64,000 bases of DNA from Hydrolagus colliei. Lineage: Eukaryota. The stretch is taken from contig CM068749.1 in the NCBI GenBank assembly GCA_035084275.1, positions 17,298,001 to 17,362,000 of the forward strand, given 5' to 3'. The position numbers and the translations under genes were made by a program. Position 1 is the stretch's first letter. Each line of letters begins with the position of its first letter. Shown piece by piece: positions 34,501 to 46,127 of this stretch. The notes below the pieces were generated by a model. That model was given only the letters and a program-made list of their open reading frames with translations, was not told the DNA's origin and made no database searches.

Positions 34501-37500
34501 ATGTTTATTTGTGATGTTGAAGATAATGAATTCTTTCTGAATTGATACCTGTTAAAAGGGATGCTGAAAATAGGGTCAGCACTTGCATATATAATGCATC
34601 ACATCTAGAATATCTATAACTTTAATTTGAGGCCTCAGGATCCATAGCTGATCAATGCATACTGTAAATTGTACAGTCTGGTGTTCAGCTTTAAAGTTAG
34701 TTTTTCATGTTTTTTCTTCCAATTTGTCTAATAAAAATGTCTTGTCCTTGTCTACTTTATCTGAATGCTTTAGCAACTAAACACTTCTCAAGTTGAAGGA
34801 GACAGCTTTATGGTAAATTTCTCTTACATGCTCAACTTGCTGCATGTAAAATGGCTGAAGGTTTGTTGGCCTTGTGTGTTCTTTTTATACTTGAATGCCT
34901 ACTCTTGCTATTACAGTTAGGTGTTTTTCCCAAGACATGTATACTTGTTATCTTAGCTAAACTGCTCAAATAAAGCAGCTAATTGAAAAAGCAGAAAATC
35001 ACTTATACACCAGTTATCTTTATTTATTTTGCCCTTACTCTGGACTTGATATTGCAATTCAACTTTTTTGTCTGTCTTTCTATTCAGGGAAGAGATTTCT
35101 GTATATGTGGTTGTAGAAAATATGCAAAAGTATGAGAGAAAGGTTCTTTATAATGCCCCAGATAATGGAGAATGGTGAAATGGAGAGTTCAGGCTAACTA
35201 TTCACTGTATAGTGAACTAGACTTTGGTATTGAGCCAATTCCTTTTTTTAAAAAAAATCAAGTGTTTTAGTGGTTGGTGGAGAAACAAGCGGTATAAAAT
35301 CTCTGGTAAACAATTTCACTTTTTATTTAAATTCCTGTTGTCTAAACTTATTCCTATTGTCTAAACACTTCAACACCTGTTCACTAATTGGGCAGTCATT
35401 GAGTAAACACCTTGTGATGGCAAGAGAAGGTATTTCTGTTTTTGTTGTTTATTACATCACCATTTCCGGCATTGAATCATATCTGAAACTGTTGTATAGG
35501 TCTGTGTTACCCTTACAATGCTGAATAGTCCATTAAAATTTAAAATGTTTTCTCTAACATTGTGGAACTAAGTGATCCAACGATTACCTATGTAGTTTAG
35601 AACAATATCTACTTTAGAACAATATCTGGTTTAGAACAATATCCAGTAAATTTTCAAATGTGCTTGATGCTTTATAATAAAATCTCACTGCTAATACTTT
35701 TTAAAATAATTTATGGTAGTTACTCACTACATTGTTATCCTTGATAATTGATAGGATGGCTTAATATGCAGTATTTTTAATGGGATTCCTATATAAGAAT
35801 CCCAGCAGTCCGTTTACATTAGATCAGAATTCTCATGTGTGTGATATATTTGCAATTATTAGAAAGTCACCCATTTGTGTGAATGATTCATTATTGAGGA
35901 ATCTTAATAATATTGTAATTTAGTGTTTCATACAGTGACCAATTGGTCCAAAATTTGCTTTGATTTCTGGAATTTTCAAATTCAGGAATTTTTAACTTGA
36001 ATGGAGTGATATCAAATCCATTCCATTGATGATAGTGCATCCTTTTATCTTTTAGACTTGAAGGTTGTGCCATAAATACCTTAGTCTGCTAATGTTGATT
36101 GTAGAACAAATCCCCATTGTGATAGTTATTATGACTTTGTTACTCTGGAAAGAGTTTTGCTAGTTCGTAGCCAAATTGTGTTTGGGCCTGGCTTAGTGTT
36201 GTACTCTTGCCTCTTGAGTCAGAAGGTTGTGAGTTCAAACACCATGTCGGGACTTGAAATCACATAGTCTAAGTTGACACTTCAGTAAAGTGCTGATAGT
36301 GTGTTGCATTGCTGGAAGTAGCTTCATTTAGATGAAAAGTTAAATCAAGGTCCTGTCTGCCTGTTCAAGTAGATGTTAAAGATTTCTTGCCGCTGTTTGA
36401 AAAAAGAAGTGAGTTTTTCTCTAGCGTCCTGGCTAACAATCCTACAAATAAAATTGGTCAATAGTTTCACGACTCTTTGTGGGACATTGCTATGTGGAAA
36501 TAAGCTGCCGTTTTCGCCCACAAATACAGACACTCCACTTCACAGTAAATCCTGTGGAGCACTTTGGGATGTCCTCCTGATGTGAAAGGTATTATACCAA
36601 TTATTATAACATTTTTTGTCAGCTGCACAGAGGAAATTGGTCCAAACGTGCAGAATTCACTTCCTCTCATCTTAAAAGGCAAACAATGATGGCTTATTGT
36701 TCAAACTTGTCCTCCCAGCTGAAGGTGGTGATGAATGCCATCATTAAAAAATGAAATTGAAGTTGTTTAAGTTTTGTAATCATTTGGATTTATATGCTAA
36801 GTGACCTGTAGCAGTTCAAGAATTCTTTTTGTCATCATGGGCACACATCACTATCATGGTGGCTTCATGTTGTTGTTTAGTGACTTGAAATGTATTAATT
36901 TTCTATATAATCTGTATATTCTAAAAAAAATCTTGCAAGTGACTTTGTTGTTTGTTTAAATGCTTACCAGCTATGGGCACAAGAGTTGGAAACAGTAAGT
37001 ATACTGTAAATGTTGGTAGTACGCAATATAAAATCTCTGATGTTCAGGGCCTGTTAATTGAGTTTGGTAAAGTTTAATTTGTTTAAAGATATGATCTGAT
37101 CTTCTCGTAGTTTCTTAATAGTGTTATGCTACTTTAGTGAGAAGATGTTCCAGTTGCTGTATTCTGCATGTGAACAGGTTCCCTTTTTAATTGTAGTAAT
37201 GAGTGAAGCACGCTATATATCACAAGTCTGAGATCCTTGCCTTTGGATTATAGGTTTGAGGCTCTTCTACACTTCACGTTTTTATGTGAGCTGCTCTGAG
37301 ACTTCTGCCAATGGTAATCTTCAGCCTCAGCCAAATAGGTTTGCATGAGATCGGCATAGTTTGACTGTGTCCTGTAAAAAAGTGCCACACCTCCCCAAAA
37401 TGGTAAATTTGCTGTGGGGGAAAACAAATGTGAGCTTGTGTCCTGCCAGACTAATAGCTTGCATTACGTTTATGCGCGAAAAGTTTTTTTTTAAAGAAAA

Positions 37501-40500
37501 ATTAGTTCATCCATTCACTTCAAAGTGTAATGAGTGGGTTTAGTGGTGTTGGTTTTACAGTGTTTGACACAAATTTAGCATTATGCTTTCTTTGTCCACA
37601 AACACTTATCTGAAATTCAGTTGAAGCTCAGAAATTAGAATTCTAAACTGTTTCCTCTCTATACTGCTTTCTGTATTTGTCAATACTGTGCTATTTGTCA
37701 TTATTGTTAGCTCAACTTTAGCTCAAAATAAATTTTGCTATGCATGCACTTTTGGTTCTAATCCCTTTTCAAGTATTAGTACAATTACATAGAATGATAC
37801 AGCACGGAAACAGGCCATTCATTCCATATCGTCTGTGTCGGGTTTTATTCTCCACATCAACCCCCATCCCTCCAATCCTCTGCCCTTAACCCTAGTCCCC
37901 TTACGTATGCATCCAGTTTATTGGGTCTTTTGTAGGATTATAACAATTCAGTTGTGTTTTGGGAGCGTTCAGCTCTAAAATTCTTAATGTACGTACATTT
38001 GACCATATGCTTACATTTTGAGATTGTAGATACAATCTAATTTAGCTTGTCTCAAATATTGTTCTGAAAACGAGCATATAGCAAATAACAAAATGTGCTG
38101 CAACCCACTCAATTACATTAATTGTTAAGGTTCAGGGTAATAAGCCTGTGGACAGCTGAATGAGCAAACTGTCTTGATACTGTTTTATATGTATGTATCA
38201 TTCATAACAAACTAATTATGATGTTTGTTTAAAGAGTGCAATAGAACTATTTAATTCTGGCTTAAGATCTTATTGCAAGTGAAAAATAGTTTGACTGATT
38301 GATTGGTAAATGCTTTGAAAGTGTTTTTTTTCAGACAAGTAGCATAGCATCCCTATATTTTGAATATTGAAACAATTGATTCCTGAAAAGTCTCCCTTCT
38401 TACACAGGCTGAAGTGGAAATGCGAATCACACAGAGCGAGTTTGACCGTCAAGCAGAGATTACAAGACTGTTACTTGAAGGAATTAGCAGTACACATGTA
38501 AGATCTCCTCTTCCTTTTTCTCACTAGCTCCACTGTACTGCTGTTTCATTGAGCAATAAGAGTATAATTTGATGCCTGCTGATGCCCATTAGTGAAAGTA
38601 CGGAATGCCAGCTCTTCAGACAGGGCATTTATTGTTTCACTTAAAGGGTACAGAACATGCTTCCTAAAGTTTATCCTTGGTATTTAATTAAAAATTGAAA
38701 AGCTGATTTTTAAGATGTTTTTGTATTCCTTAAAGGCCCATCATCTTCGCTGTCTGAATGACTTTGTTGAAGCGCAGATGACCTACTATGCACAATGTTA
38801 CCAGTATATGGTTGATTTACAAAAACAGCTGGGAAGGTACTAGAAGTTTTCAATGAGAAAATTGTTTGCATTGTGTAATAGATGGTTAGATTGGAACAAA
38901 TGTAAGAAAGTTTATAGAATTCTCCACACGTATTTGTGCAAATCTGTAACTGATAATAAAATAATAACCTTTTGATAAAGTGCTTTTCACATCTTTGAGA
39001 TGTCTCAAAGAGTTCACTCAATATACAGTGAAATGAATCGACTGTATATTTGTGGGCGAAACGCGGCAGCCAGTTGCATGCAGCAGTGTTCCACAAAAGT
39101 CGTGGATTGAGTGACCAAATTATTCTTTTCTTTTTTTTCTTGAGGGAATATTATGAGGCGGGTGGAGTAAGGAAACTTGGCCAAGGTTTGCCCTGATGGG
39201 AATTGAACCCAGGTTTCTGGGGGTTTTAATGCACGCTTTAGTTCACTCAAACAGAATGGCCTTGTCCTCGTAGAGCCTCTGAGCAATGCTCTTTTAGTTT
39301 ATTTCCTGTATTTGTCCTACTTTTAGCAACTTCCTTTGCTTCCCTTTTCTATTTTGCTGATATAGTGTCTCTAAATAAACTTGTTTCGGAAGTGTAACAA
39401 AACCTATCTTTGTGCAACCATTAACCAATCACTCAGGTTGGAGATTCTTCCCACTCAGCTACTGTTAACCCTGTAAGCCAAATCCCTAACGAGTAAGGAT
39501 GGTCCCAGCTTGCCTCACACTTTTCATTGGCACAGTTTTAGTTGGTCAGATTCTCATCTTAGGACTGAGAATGTTTATAAGTGGCATGGTAAGATCCATT
39601 AGTCAAAACCTTTTCTGATGCGTAGCATGCTGTAATGGCCGGGGTCATGAGTTAGATGTGCATTTTATCCTTTATATCATCATTGTATGGTCTGTTTATG
39701 AGGTTGGACAGGCAAAATGATGAATAATAATTTTAAACATAAAATCTATCAATGGGCAAGATCCATCTACTGTTCCTTTACCTACAGTTTAATCTGTTTG
39801 GGACGTCCTCCTGACGTGAAAAGCGCTATACAAGTGTAATTTTGTTTTTTGTTTGTAACTAAGATGCAGTCTCTGAACTACAGCTTATTAGTGGAGAGGA
39901 GCATTTGTGGTATGCCTATACATATTCTTATTTATCATTTTATTTTCCAGTTTTCCAACTACATTTTCTTCCAACAACAATCAGACTTCTTCCACTCCAC
40001 TTCTACCTGTCAATGTGCCATCTTTTCCTGTATCTTCATTACCAGCATCAACAGCAACTGGTTCAATGGGTACTGCCAGTTTCAGTGAATATAAAGTGCC
40101 ACCTAGTGGCACCAGAAAGGCACGGGTTCTCTATGATTATGATGCTGCGGATAGTAGTGAATTGTCACTTCTAGCAGATGAGGTGAGTAATTATTGCCGA
40201 TGTCTTCCTTCCAATGGTGCATAAAACCAAGGTCATATCTGCATGTTTATTGGATGTAAAAATCTCATTATTCGAAGAGAAGGGAGTTTCTCCCAGTATC
40301 CTGGCCAAAAATAGTCCAGATGAATTTGTCATTCACTTCATGGTCACTTGTTGCTGTGCATAATTTGGCTGTGGTTCTTCACTTAAACAATTACCTGTAG
40401 CCATGCTCTGGCCAAAGAAGCCAACCAGATGCTAAGAGTAGTTAGAAAAATAGATGTACATACATCTACCAAGACATTAACTTATACCTCAACTGCATAC

Positions 40501-41023
40501 ATACCTTTCTATGTTCAGTGGGAATGGGTGAAGTTATGGATGCATAAATTCAGTGCAATTACTAATACTTTTTTTTAAAATTGGAAATTGAGCTGAACAT
40601 GGAATTTCAAATTGTAGCATAATTTTCCATACATAATTCATCAGATGTTCCTTATCCTCAGTGCAGTTAGATCTACTGCTTAGCATTAGCTAAGCTTTAA
40701 CTTGCTGTTTTGAATAAAACTTTTTCAATGCAATGTTTGTAGATGAAACATTTATTCCAGTATATCTGATGCGTAAATAAATATAGCATCTTACGTCAAA
40801 ACTTCATACTGTTAAGTACTGTAATTAAAACCACGTATTGTGATTGTTTTGTTCATCTCTCTCTCTCTCAAGATTGACTTCCTGATATATTAAATAGATC
40901 TTAATTTTGTTTTAGGTAATTACAGTTTACAGTCTGCCAGGAATGGATTCTGATTGGTTGATGGGGGAAAGAGGAAATCAGAAAGGAAAAGTCCCTATTA
41001 CTTATTTGGAACTGCTTAACTGA
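28089..41023 (+). CDS. SH3GLB1: Endophilin-B1 (Bif-1); join 28089-28163,30654-30795,32103-32231,32568-32701,33377-33469,[34774-34812 or 34860],[36971-36994],38408-38497,38736-38836,39951-40182,40916-41023; 367 aa without the alternative exons
   Basis: MDFNVKKFAADAGTFLSRAVQFTEEK N-BAR start; C-terminal SH3 RKARVLYDYDAADSSELSLLADE...GKVPITYLELLN*; all introns GT-AG and in phase; syntenic between CLCA and SELENOF. Confidence 0.97.
29844..30250 (-). mobile_element. L2 3' fragment
   Basis: Minus strand FKILVLIFKALHGLAP...RPTISGRACSHSAPNLWNSIP plus L2 tail. Confidence 0.85.
30654..30795 (+). CDS. SH3GLB1: SH3GLB1 exon 2
   Basis: FTEEKFGQAEKTELDAHLENLL...LLQPNP; 142 nt. Confidence 0.95.
31505..31805 (+). 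mobile_element. tRNA-headed SINE
   Basis: gagacctgagttcaattccaggcagggtgaaacc head; core; tail aaatgcaaggattattatt. Confidence 0.82.
32103..32231 (+). CDS. SH3GLB1: SH3GLB1 exon 3
   Basis: SRIEEYVYEKFDRKAP...FGPGTAY; 129 nt. Confidence 0.95.
32568..32701 (+). CDS. SH3GLB1: SH3GLB1 exon 4
   Basis: NSLIKCGETEKRIG...FLTPLRNFLEGDYRTIS; 134 nt. Confidence 0.95.
33377..33469 (+). CDS. SH3GLB1: SH3GLB1 exon 5
   Basis: KERRLLQIKRLDLDAAKARVKKAK; 93 nt. Confidence 0.95.
34774..34860 (+). CDS. SH3GLB1: SH3GLB1 alternative exon 6 (short donor at 34812, long donor at 34860)
   Basis: QLNTSQVEGDSFM|VNFSYMLNLLHVKWLK resembles the mammalian neuronal insert; both forms are multiples of 3. Confidence 0.88.
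36190..36600 (+). mobile_element. Deu-domain-like SINE with L2 tail
   Basis: actcttgcctcttgagtcagaaggttgtgagttcaaa...tgtgggacattgct...gcactttgggatgtcctcctgatgtgaaagg. Confidence 0.72.
36971..36994 (+). CDS. SH3GLB1: SH3GLB1 alternative 24-nt microexon 7 (LWAQELET)
   Basis: ttaccag/gtaagt; resembles mammalian IWAEEVTK. Confidence 0.82.
38408..38497 (+). CDS. SH3GLB1: SH3GLB1 exon 8
   Basis: AEVEMRITQSEFDRQAEITRLLLEGISSTH; 90 nt. Confidence 0.95.
38736..38836 (+). CDS. SH3GLB1: SH3GLB1 exon 9
   Basis: AHHLRCLNDFVEAQMTYYAQCYQYMVDLQKQLG; 101 nt. Confidence 0.95.
38955..39245 (-). mobile_element. tRNA-headed SINE
   Basis: Same family as 16509 and 31505, reverse orientation. Confidence 0.8.
39951..40182 (+). 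CDS. SH3GLB1: SH3GLB1 exon 10 (linker plus SH3 start)
   Basis: FPTTFSSNNNQ...RKARVLYDYDAADSSELSLLADE. Confidence 0.95.
40916..41023 (+). CDS. SH3GLB1: SH3GLB1 last coding exon
   Basis: VITVYSLPGMDSDWLMGERGNQKGKVPITYLELLN*. Confidence 0.96.
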   Translation, partial: VITVYSLPGMDSDWLMGERGNQKGKVPITYLELLN

Positions 41024-42051
41024 GCTGATGCCTATTTGAGCCATTAGTATGGTTGTAATTGCAATATATTTAAATGCAGCTAACTTTGTATAAATCAATT
41101 TATGAATGTCTTCCTCACAGTTGTCTTATAAAGAGTTCCAGTCGCTGAAACTGATCCCTAATATCTTAACCTTGGCACAACTGTTAAATACTCATTTCAT
41201 TAAAATGAATATACAAGTCTTTGCTTTTCAAGCATTTAATTCTCTTGTGCCATGAATATTATTTGCTACAAGATTTCTGCTTTAGATTTCTCTTATTTAA
41301 TATTTCATTAACTAAAACATAAACTTGTGTACTGTACTAGTTGGAAATGTATTTCTTTATTAAACAACTTGGATATAAGCACCGTGTATGATTTCTAATG
41401 GCTTGAAAACAAGTGACATTACATATAGGAATTAAAAGAAAACTGTAAAGATATGAAATTTGAAACAAAACATAGAAATGCTAGATATCCATTTTATTGA
41501 TATGAGTTAAATACTACTTTAAATATGACTGAAATGGTGTATATTTATCCTCCTCCAAACCGTGTATTCCAGCTTTTGCTTATTCAAATAAGACCAGCAA
41601 CAACATAAAACATTTTGAACCCAGTACTGTAGTTACAACCACAAATGTAGAATTGCACCCTGCGCACATAAAATACAAACAATTTGTCTCATTTGACAAG
41701 GTCTAGTGTAACCTTCACAGAGAAGTTAGTGTAGCCTATTCAAGTAATATTTGCAGTATTGTTAGTTATGTTGCACTTTACTGTGCAGTTGACTTTAGCT
41801 TCTTTATTTTATCCATGGCAGAAGTATATTTTGCAGCTGAATTCTCAAAGATCTTGACACAACATCCAATATTACTGTACCAGTTATTTTTCACCAGCTG
41901 GTTGTGCAAAAAATGTAACATTGTCATCAAAGTCCTGGGTACTATCTTAGAGTAGGCAAGCATGAAGTATTGCCATAATAATGCTGAGAATCCTTAAACT
42001 GCAGCTTTCAGAATGTAGTTAACGCATATCTAAACTTAACTAATGCAATAG

Positions 42052-42250
42052 CTAATAATAATTGCATTTGATATAGCGTTTTGCACATGTTCTAGATGTC
42101 TCAAAGCTCTTTGTGGAATGTATTGTAAACTATTTTGTGGACTAAATGTTGCAGCACAAACAGTCATGGATTGAAATGAGCAATTTATTATATTTTTTGT
42201 GGGATGATCAGACATGTGGGGTAAGGAAACTTACCCAAGATTTCACCCTT
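42052..42250 (-). mobile_element. Degraded SINE
   Basis: taataataattgcatttgatatagcg...gtaaggaaacttacccaagatttcaccc. Confidence 0.65.
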
Positions 42251-43289
42251 TTCATAATTTCTGTATGTCCAATCCCTGCAAATCTCCTTTGGTTTTGATA
42301 TGAAAGGCTTTTAACAAGCCTTTTACAAGGGGTAAATTAACCACTGGGAATATGAAACCGAGGATAGATAATTAAGTCTGAAGTTTTTAGATGAAGATTT
42401 GGGATTTTGTTTTGGAAAAGGTACTTTAGCAATAAATTGCTAACAGAAATTCCTCCCCCACCCCCCCACTACAACATCCACCCAATGAACATGTGGAGTA
42501 TACATTGGAGTCACCCAAGCCTGTGTGCTATTAATCAGGCCTGTCAAGCATCACTCACCTCCAGTAACAAACCTTTCTTGTTTTTAAAAATACAGGCTTT
42601 TTGAATAAGACTACACAAAAGGAAATAGGTGTTTATTTTGATGGGTTTGCAATGTTCCTCAAACAATAACTGCTCACTGTTTTCAGTGATTTTATTGTGG
42701 CACTTTTGTAACAATTCCTGAGTACTGTGCAAACCATTCTCAATTTGGTGCTGAATACCTTTAAATCCTAGATATGGTTCAATAGGTCAAGCAAATCAGA
42801 TTAAATTTGTGGATTTAATAAATTAATATCTGAAATGGATACGGAGGAATCAATTACAAAACAGTAATTTCATCTAGGTTTAGTTACATAAATTAATATT
42901 TTACTGGATTTGGGACTGTTGGTGTCGTCTGAATGCAGAAGATCATTGTGGCAATACAACAGCTTAATGGAATGAAAGCAAACTTATATCAAAAGTATTT
43001 TCTTGAACCAATGACTTGACAATACAAACACGTGCCTGATGTGTTCGATACATTCAATATTATTTCTAAGAATTGGACTGATCCCTGTTGTAAGTTTGCC
43101 AGTAGCATCAGGAAATTAGCTGTCTGGAAATGTCAGCGGTTTGAGGAAGGAGCAGTGATTGATGATGTTTGACTGGAAGAATAGTGACGATACTGCAGCG
43201 TTGTGGTTTCTAGTGGGCTACTGGGAACAATGGACGGAAACTCGTTATTAAGGAGTGGCTTAGTTTGCTCATGTTATTGAGGTGTACTC

Positions 43290-43670
43290 AACAACAAATT
43301 ACATTTGCATAGCACTTTTCACGCTGGGAGGCACTGGACAGTCAGGCATTTGGACACAAGCTGGGATTTGAGATGGGGAAGTGGATGGTTAGTGGGGAGG
43401 GTAGGGGCAGAAGGATGCCTGAAGGTGCAGTCGAAGAGCAGGGTTTTGAGATGTGCCTTAAAAGGTGGAGGGACTGGGATGGAATTCCAAAGGGTGGGGA
43501 CAGGCTAAAAACTGATGGTGGGTGGGCCAGGTGGTGAACATGGAACAGGGCTGAGCCTGCTGAGCGGAGGGAGTAGAGAGGTTGATATGGGGTTAACGGG
43601 TCACAGAGGTATGAAGGAGTAAGGCTATGGAGTTCCTTTAAGGTGAGCATTTTGAACTCGATCCTTTGGG
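43290..43670 (-). mobile_element. L2 3' fragment
   Basis: QRIEFKMLTLKELHSLTPSYLCDPLTPYQP...LRSAGS plus tail. Confidence 0.8.
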
Positions 43671-45560
43671 GGATACAAATTTGGAAAGGTCACTCCGGGC
43701 AATAAGATCTTACCAACATTTTAAAATGCAGTACCTCTGCAGTCGACTTTGTCAGTATTGGAAATCTAATATTATTGGTATAAAAAAATCATAAGACTGC
43801 CTAAGTCTAACTAATTGTGCATGAATCACACCAGATTTTCAGCATATACATTTATGTATGTTCACAGTTGTTAAAGGTTGTGAAAAAAAAATTGTCATGT
43901 AAGTTCCAAGGTAGTAAGCGGAACACAATAAAATATTTAGTCTGAAAGATACAGGTTTTATTCGTCTTAAATTCACTCGTCTCCAGAAGCAATGTGAATT
44001 AAAATGGAATTGTTAAACTTAAGGAAGGAGATAAATCATCTGCTAGCTCTGAACATTTTAAAGCTACCTCAATCAGATTGACAAGGCAACTACAGATCAT
44101 TACCGGTTTTCTGCACCGGTTAAAAAAAGGGTCAACAAAAACATTACAGATCAATAATGATTAGGTCAGCGCATTATTTTACTACAAGGTCTTTAGGAGA
44201 GAAAAAACATTTACTGATTTTTCGATTTAATACAAAACTAATTGTATGACAAGATGAATAACAGATTGACATTTTCACCAAAAATAACTAATCATTGTTT
44301 CATCACTAGGTGAGGGGAGAGAATAATTTTCACCCATCAGTTGATTATCACCCAAATTAAAGGATCACACATACATAAATCTCAATACAGATTTACATGA
44401 ACTCATCACCTAGGGATGATAAAATGCGTAAACTCTTAATTAAGCATCTAACTATGGGTATATTAGAAATAAGGTAGTTAATACAGTAACAATAATCCTT
44501 ACATTTGACATAGCTAGCGCCTTACTGTGTCTTTGAGATGCCTCAAAGCATTTTATGGATTATACTAATGTTCATTTTCATTGATCTTGTCCATTTACGT
44601 TTTGAAGCTATAAAATAGTGACAAAAGGAGTTGCAGGATGGTTTGTAGAATTTATTGCTACCTACGGATTGAGTCATACAATATTGATTTGTACCTTAAT
44701 TCAGTTCATAAAAAAATTGAAAAATTGTTCATGAATGTTCAATATATAAATTACTGCGGAAGTAATTTCATATCGTCTGTTAAACCAGGGATTTTTAAAA
44801 TACCTATATGCCTACAAATGTGAGGCACATAGTTGAAGATCTAATATTGTTTAATATTGAATAACGGCCAATATGTGCTCAAACAGTTCCAATTTCTTAA
44901 TATAATCCTGTTCATTCAATATAACACATTGAAGGAAATGGTATAGCATTTCTCCAGCTGACACCATAGAACATTTTTTACTTGTTGAATTTGACTAATT
45001 AAGAATTTATTCCTCATCCAACTGAGGAAATGGCTGCTAGTCTGCCAGCAGAATCTCATTATTATAGCTATGAAGCCAGTTTTTGTTTGCTAGAAATAGC
45101 AAGAGGTGTGGTTATCTCTTCTAGTCCATCAAAAACATACTGCAAGATTATGGGATGAACAATCAAGCTCAATCGACTAAAGCAAAATTTCCACATCTAA
45201 CTGACTATTCTTAGATTGAATGCTTGTTATCCTATTTGCTAATATAGTTACAGGAACATTAATTTTTATGCTAGAAAATAGAACAAGTTAGTGTAAAATG
45301 GACAGTACAAGTCCTAAGAATATATTCTCTTCCTTTGAATATTTGTGATAGCTTAACAAATGTTCATGCAAAAGAAAATGTTTGAATGAAATGATCATGA
45401 ATGGAAATTGCAGGAAGATTGTAATATGCTTTAAAGTTGTGTTATTCAACAACCAGTTTGAGGACTGACACTGGTCCACAATAACGCATAATCAGTCTGG
45501 AGCGAACACAATAAAGATAATGTTGATAGGTAAATTAAACACAGAACTTTAGAAACATCT

Positions 45561-45566
45561 TTTATT
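45561..45566 (-). terminator. SELENOF: SELENOF poly(A) signal
   Basis: Minus-strand AATAAA about 50 nt downstream of the SECIS. Confidence 0.7.
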
Positions 45567-45614
45567 AGTTCTTCAACAATGCCTTTTTACTGCAGCAGAG
45601 CAAAACCACCATTG

Positions 45615-45683
45615 AATGCACATGACATCAGACTACACACATCTTTTAACAGATTTTCTGTATAGCCTTCACAAAAGTGCATT
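45615..45683 (-). promoter_or_regulatory. SELENOF: SECIS element (type II, GUGA core) in the SELENOF 3' UTR
   Basis: RNA: AAUGCAC uuuu GUGA AGGCUAUACA G AAA AUCU GUUAAA AGAU G UGUGUAGUCU GA ugucau GUGCAUU. It shows helix I, the UGA/GA quartet, a 10-bp helix II, the AAA bulge and an apical mini-stem. Confidence 0.9.
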
Positions 45684-45995
45684 TTTCTAATGAATCAGAT
45701 CCATCACAGTAACACTATTGTAAGACATAGCCAATTGACACAATGTACATTTAATAGAAAATCTTTATGGTTGACTTGTAAAAAGTGAAATAGAGTATAT
45801 TGTGGAATAGTTATGCATAGAATGTCAATTCCTGATAATTGAATTGACAGCTATATAGTTAAGCGATGTATGAAAATTTAACATGATTTAGATCACCATT
45901 GATCATTTATGATATTCACAAACATGTATTAGAGTGTTACAGGAATGAGTAGATTTAGAGATGACAAAATATAGATACGGAACCGCAAGAATAAT

Positions 45996-46127
45996 TTATA
46001 AGCGTTCCAACTTTTCACTGAGGAATTCTTCTACGCTGTCGGTGTTCCATTTGAGAATACTCAATTCTTCTGCAATGTTCCCTTTATCGTCCAATAGCTT
46101 CAGTACAGGGTCAGAACCACGCACATA
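45996..46127 (-). CDS. SELENOF: SELENOF exon 5
   Basis: YVRGSDPVLKLLDDKGNIAEELSILKWNTDSVEEFLSEKLERL*. Confidence 0.96.
   Translation of the reverse strand, partial: YVRGSDPVLKLLDDKGNIAEELSILKWNTDSVEEFLSEKLERL

Noticed and set aside
35596-35645. Three copies of tttagaacaatatc; similar short repeats at 17670-17735, 29468-29500 and 62358-62395
   Set aside because: Local slippage duplications with no unique spacers; not CRISPR-like, and the DNA is eukaryotic
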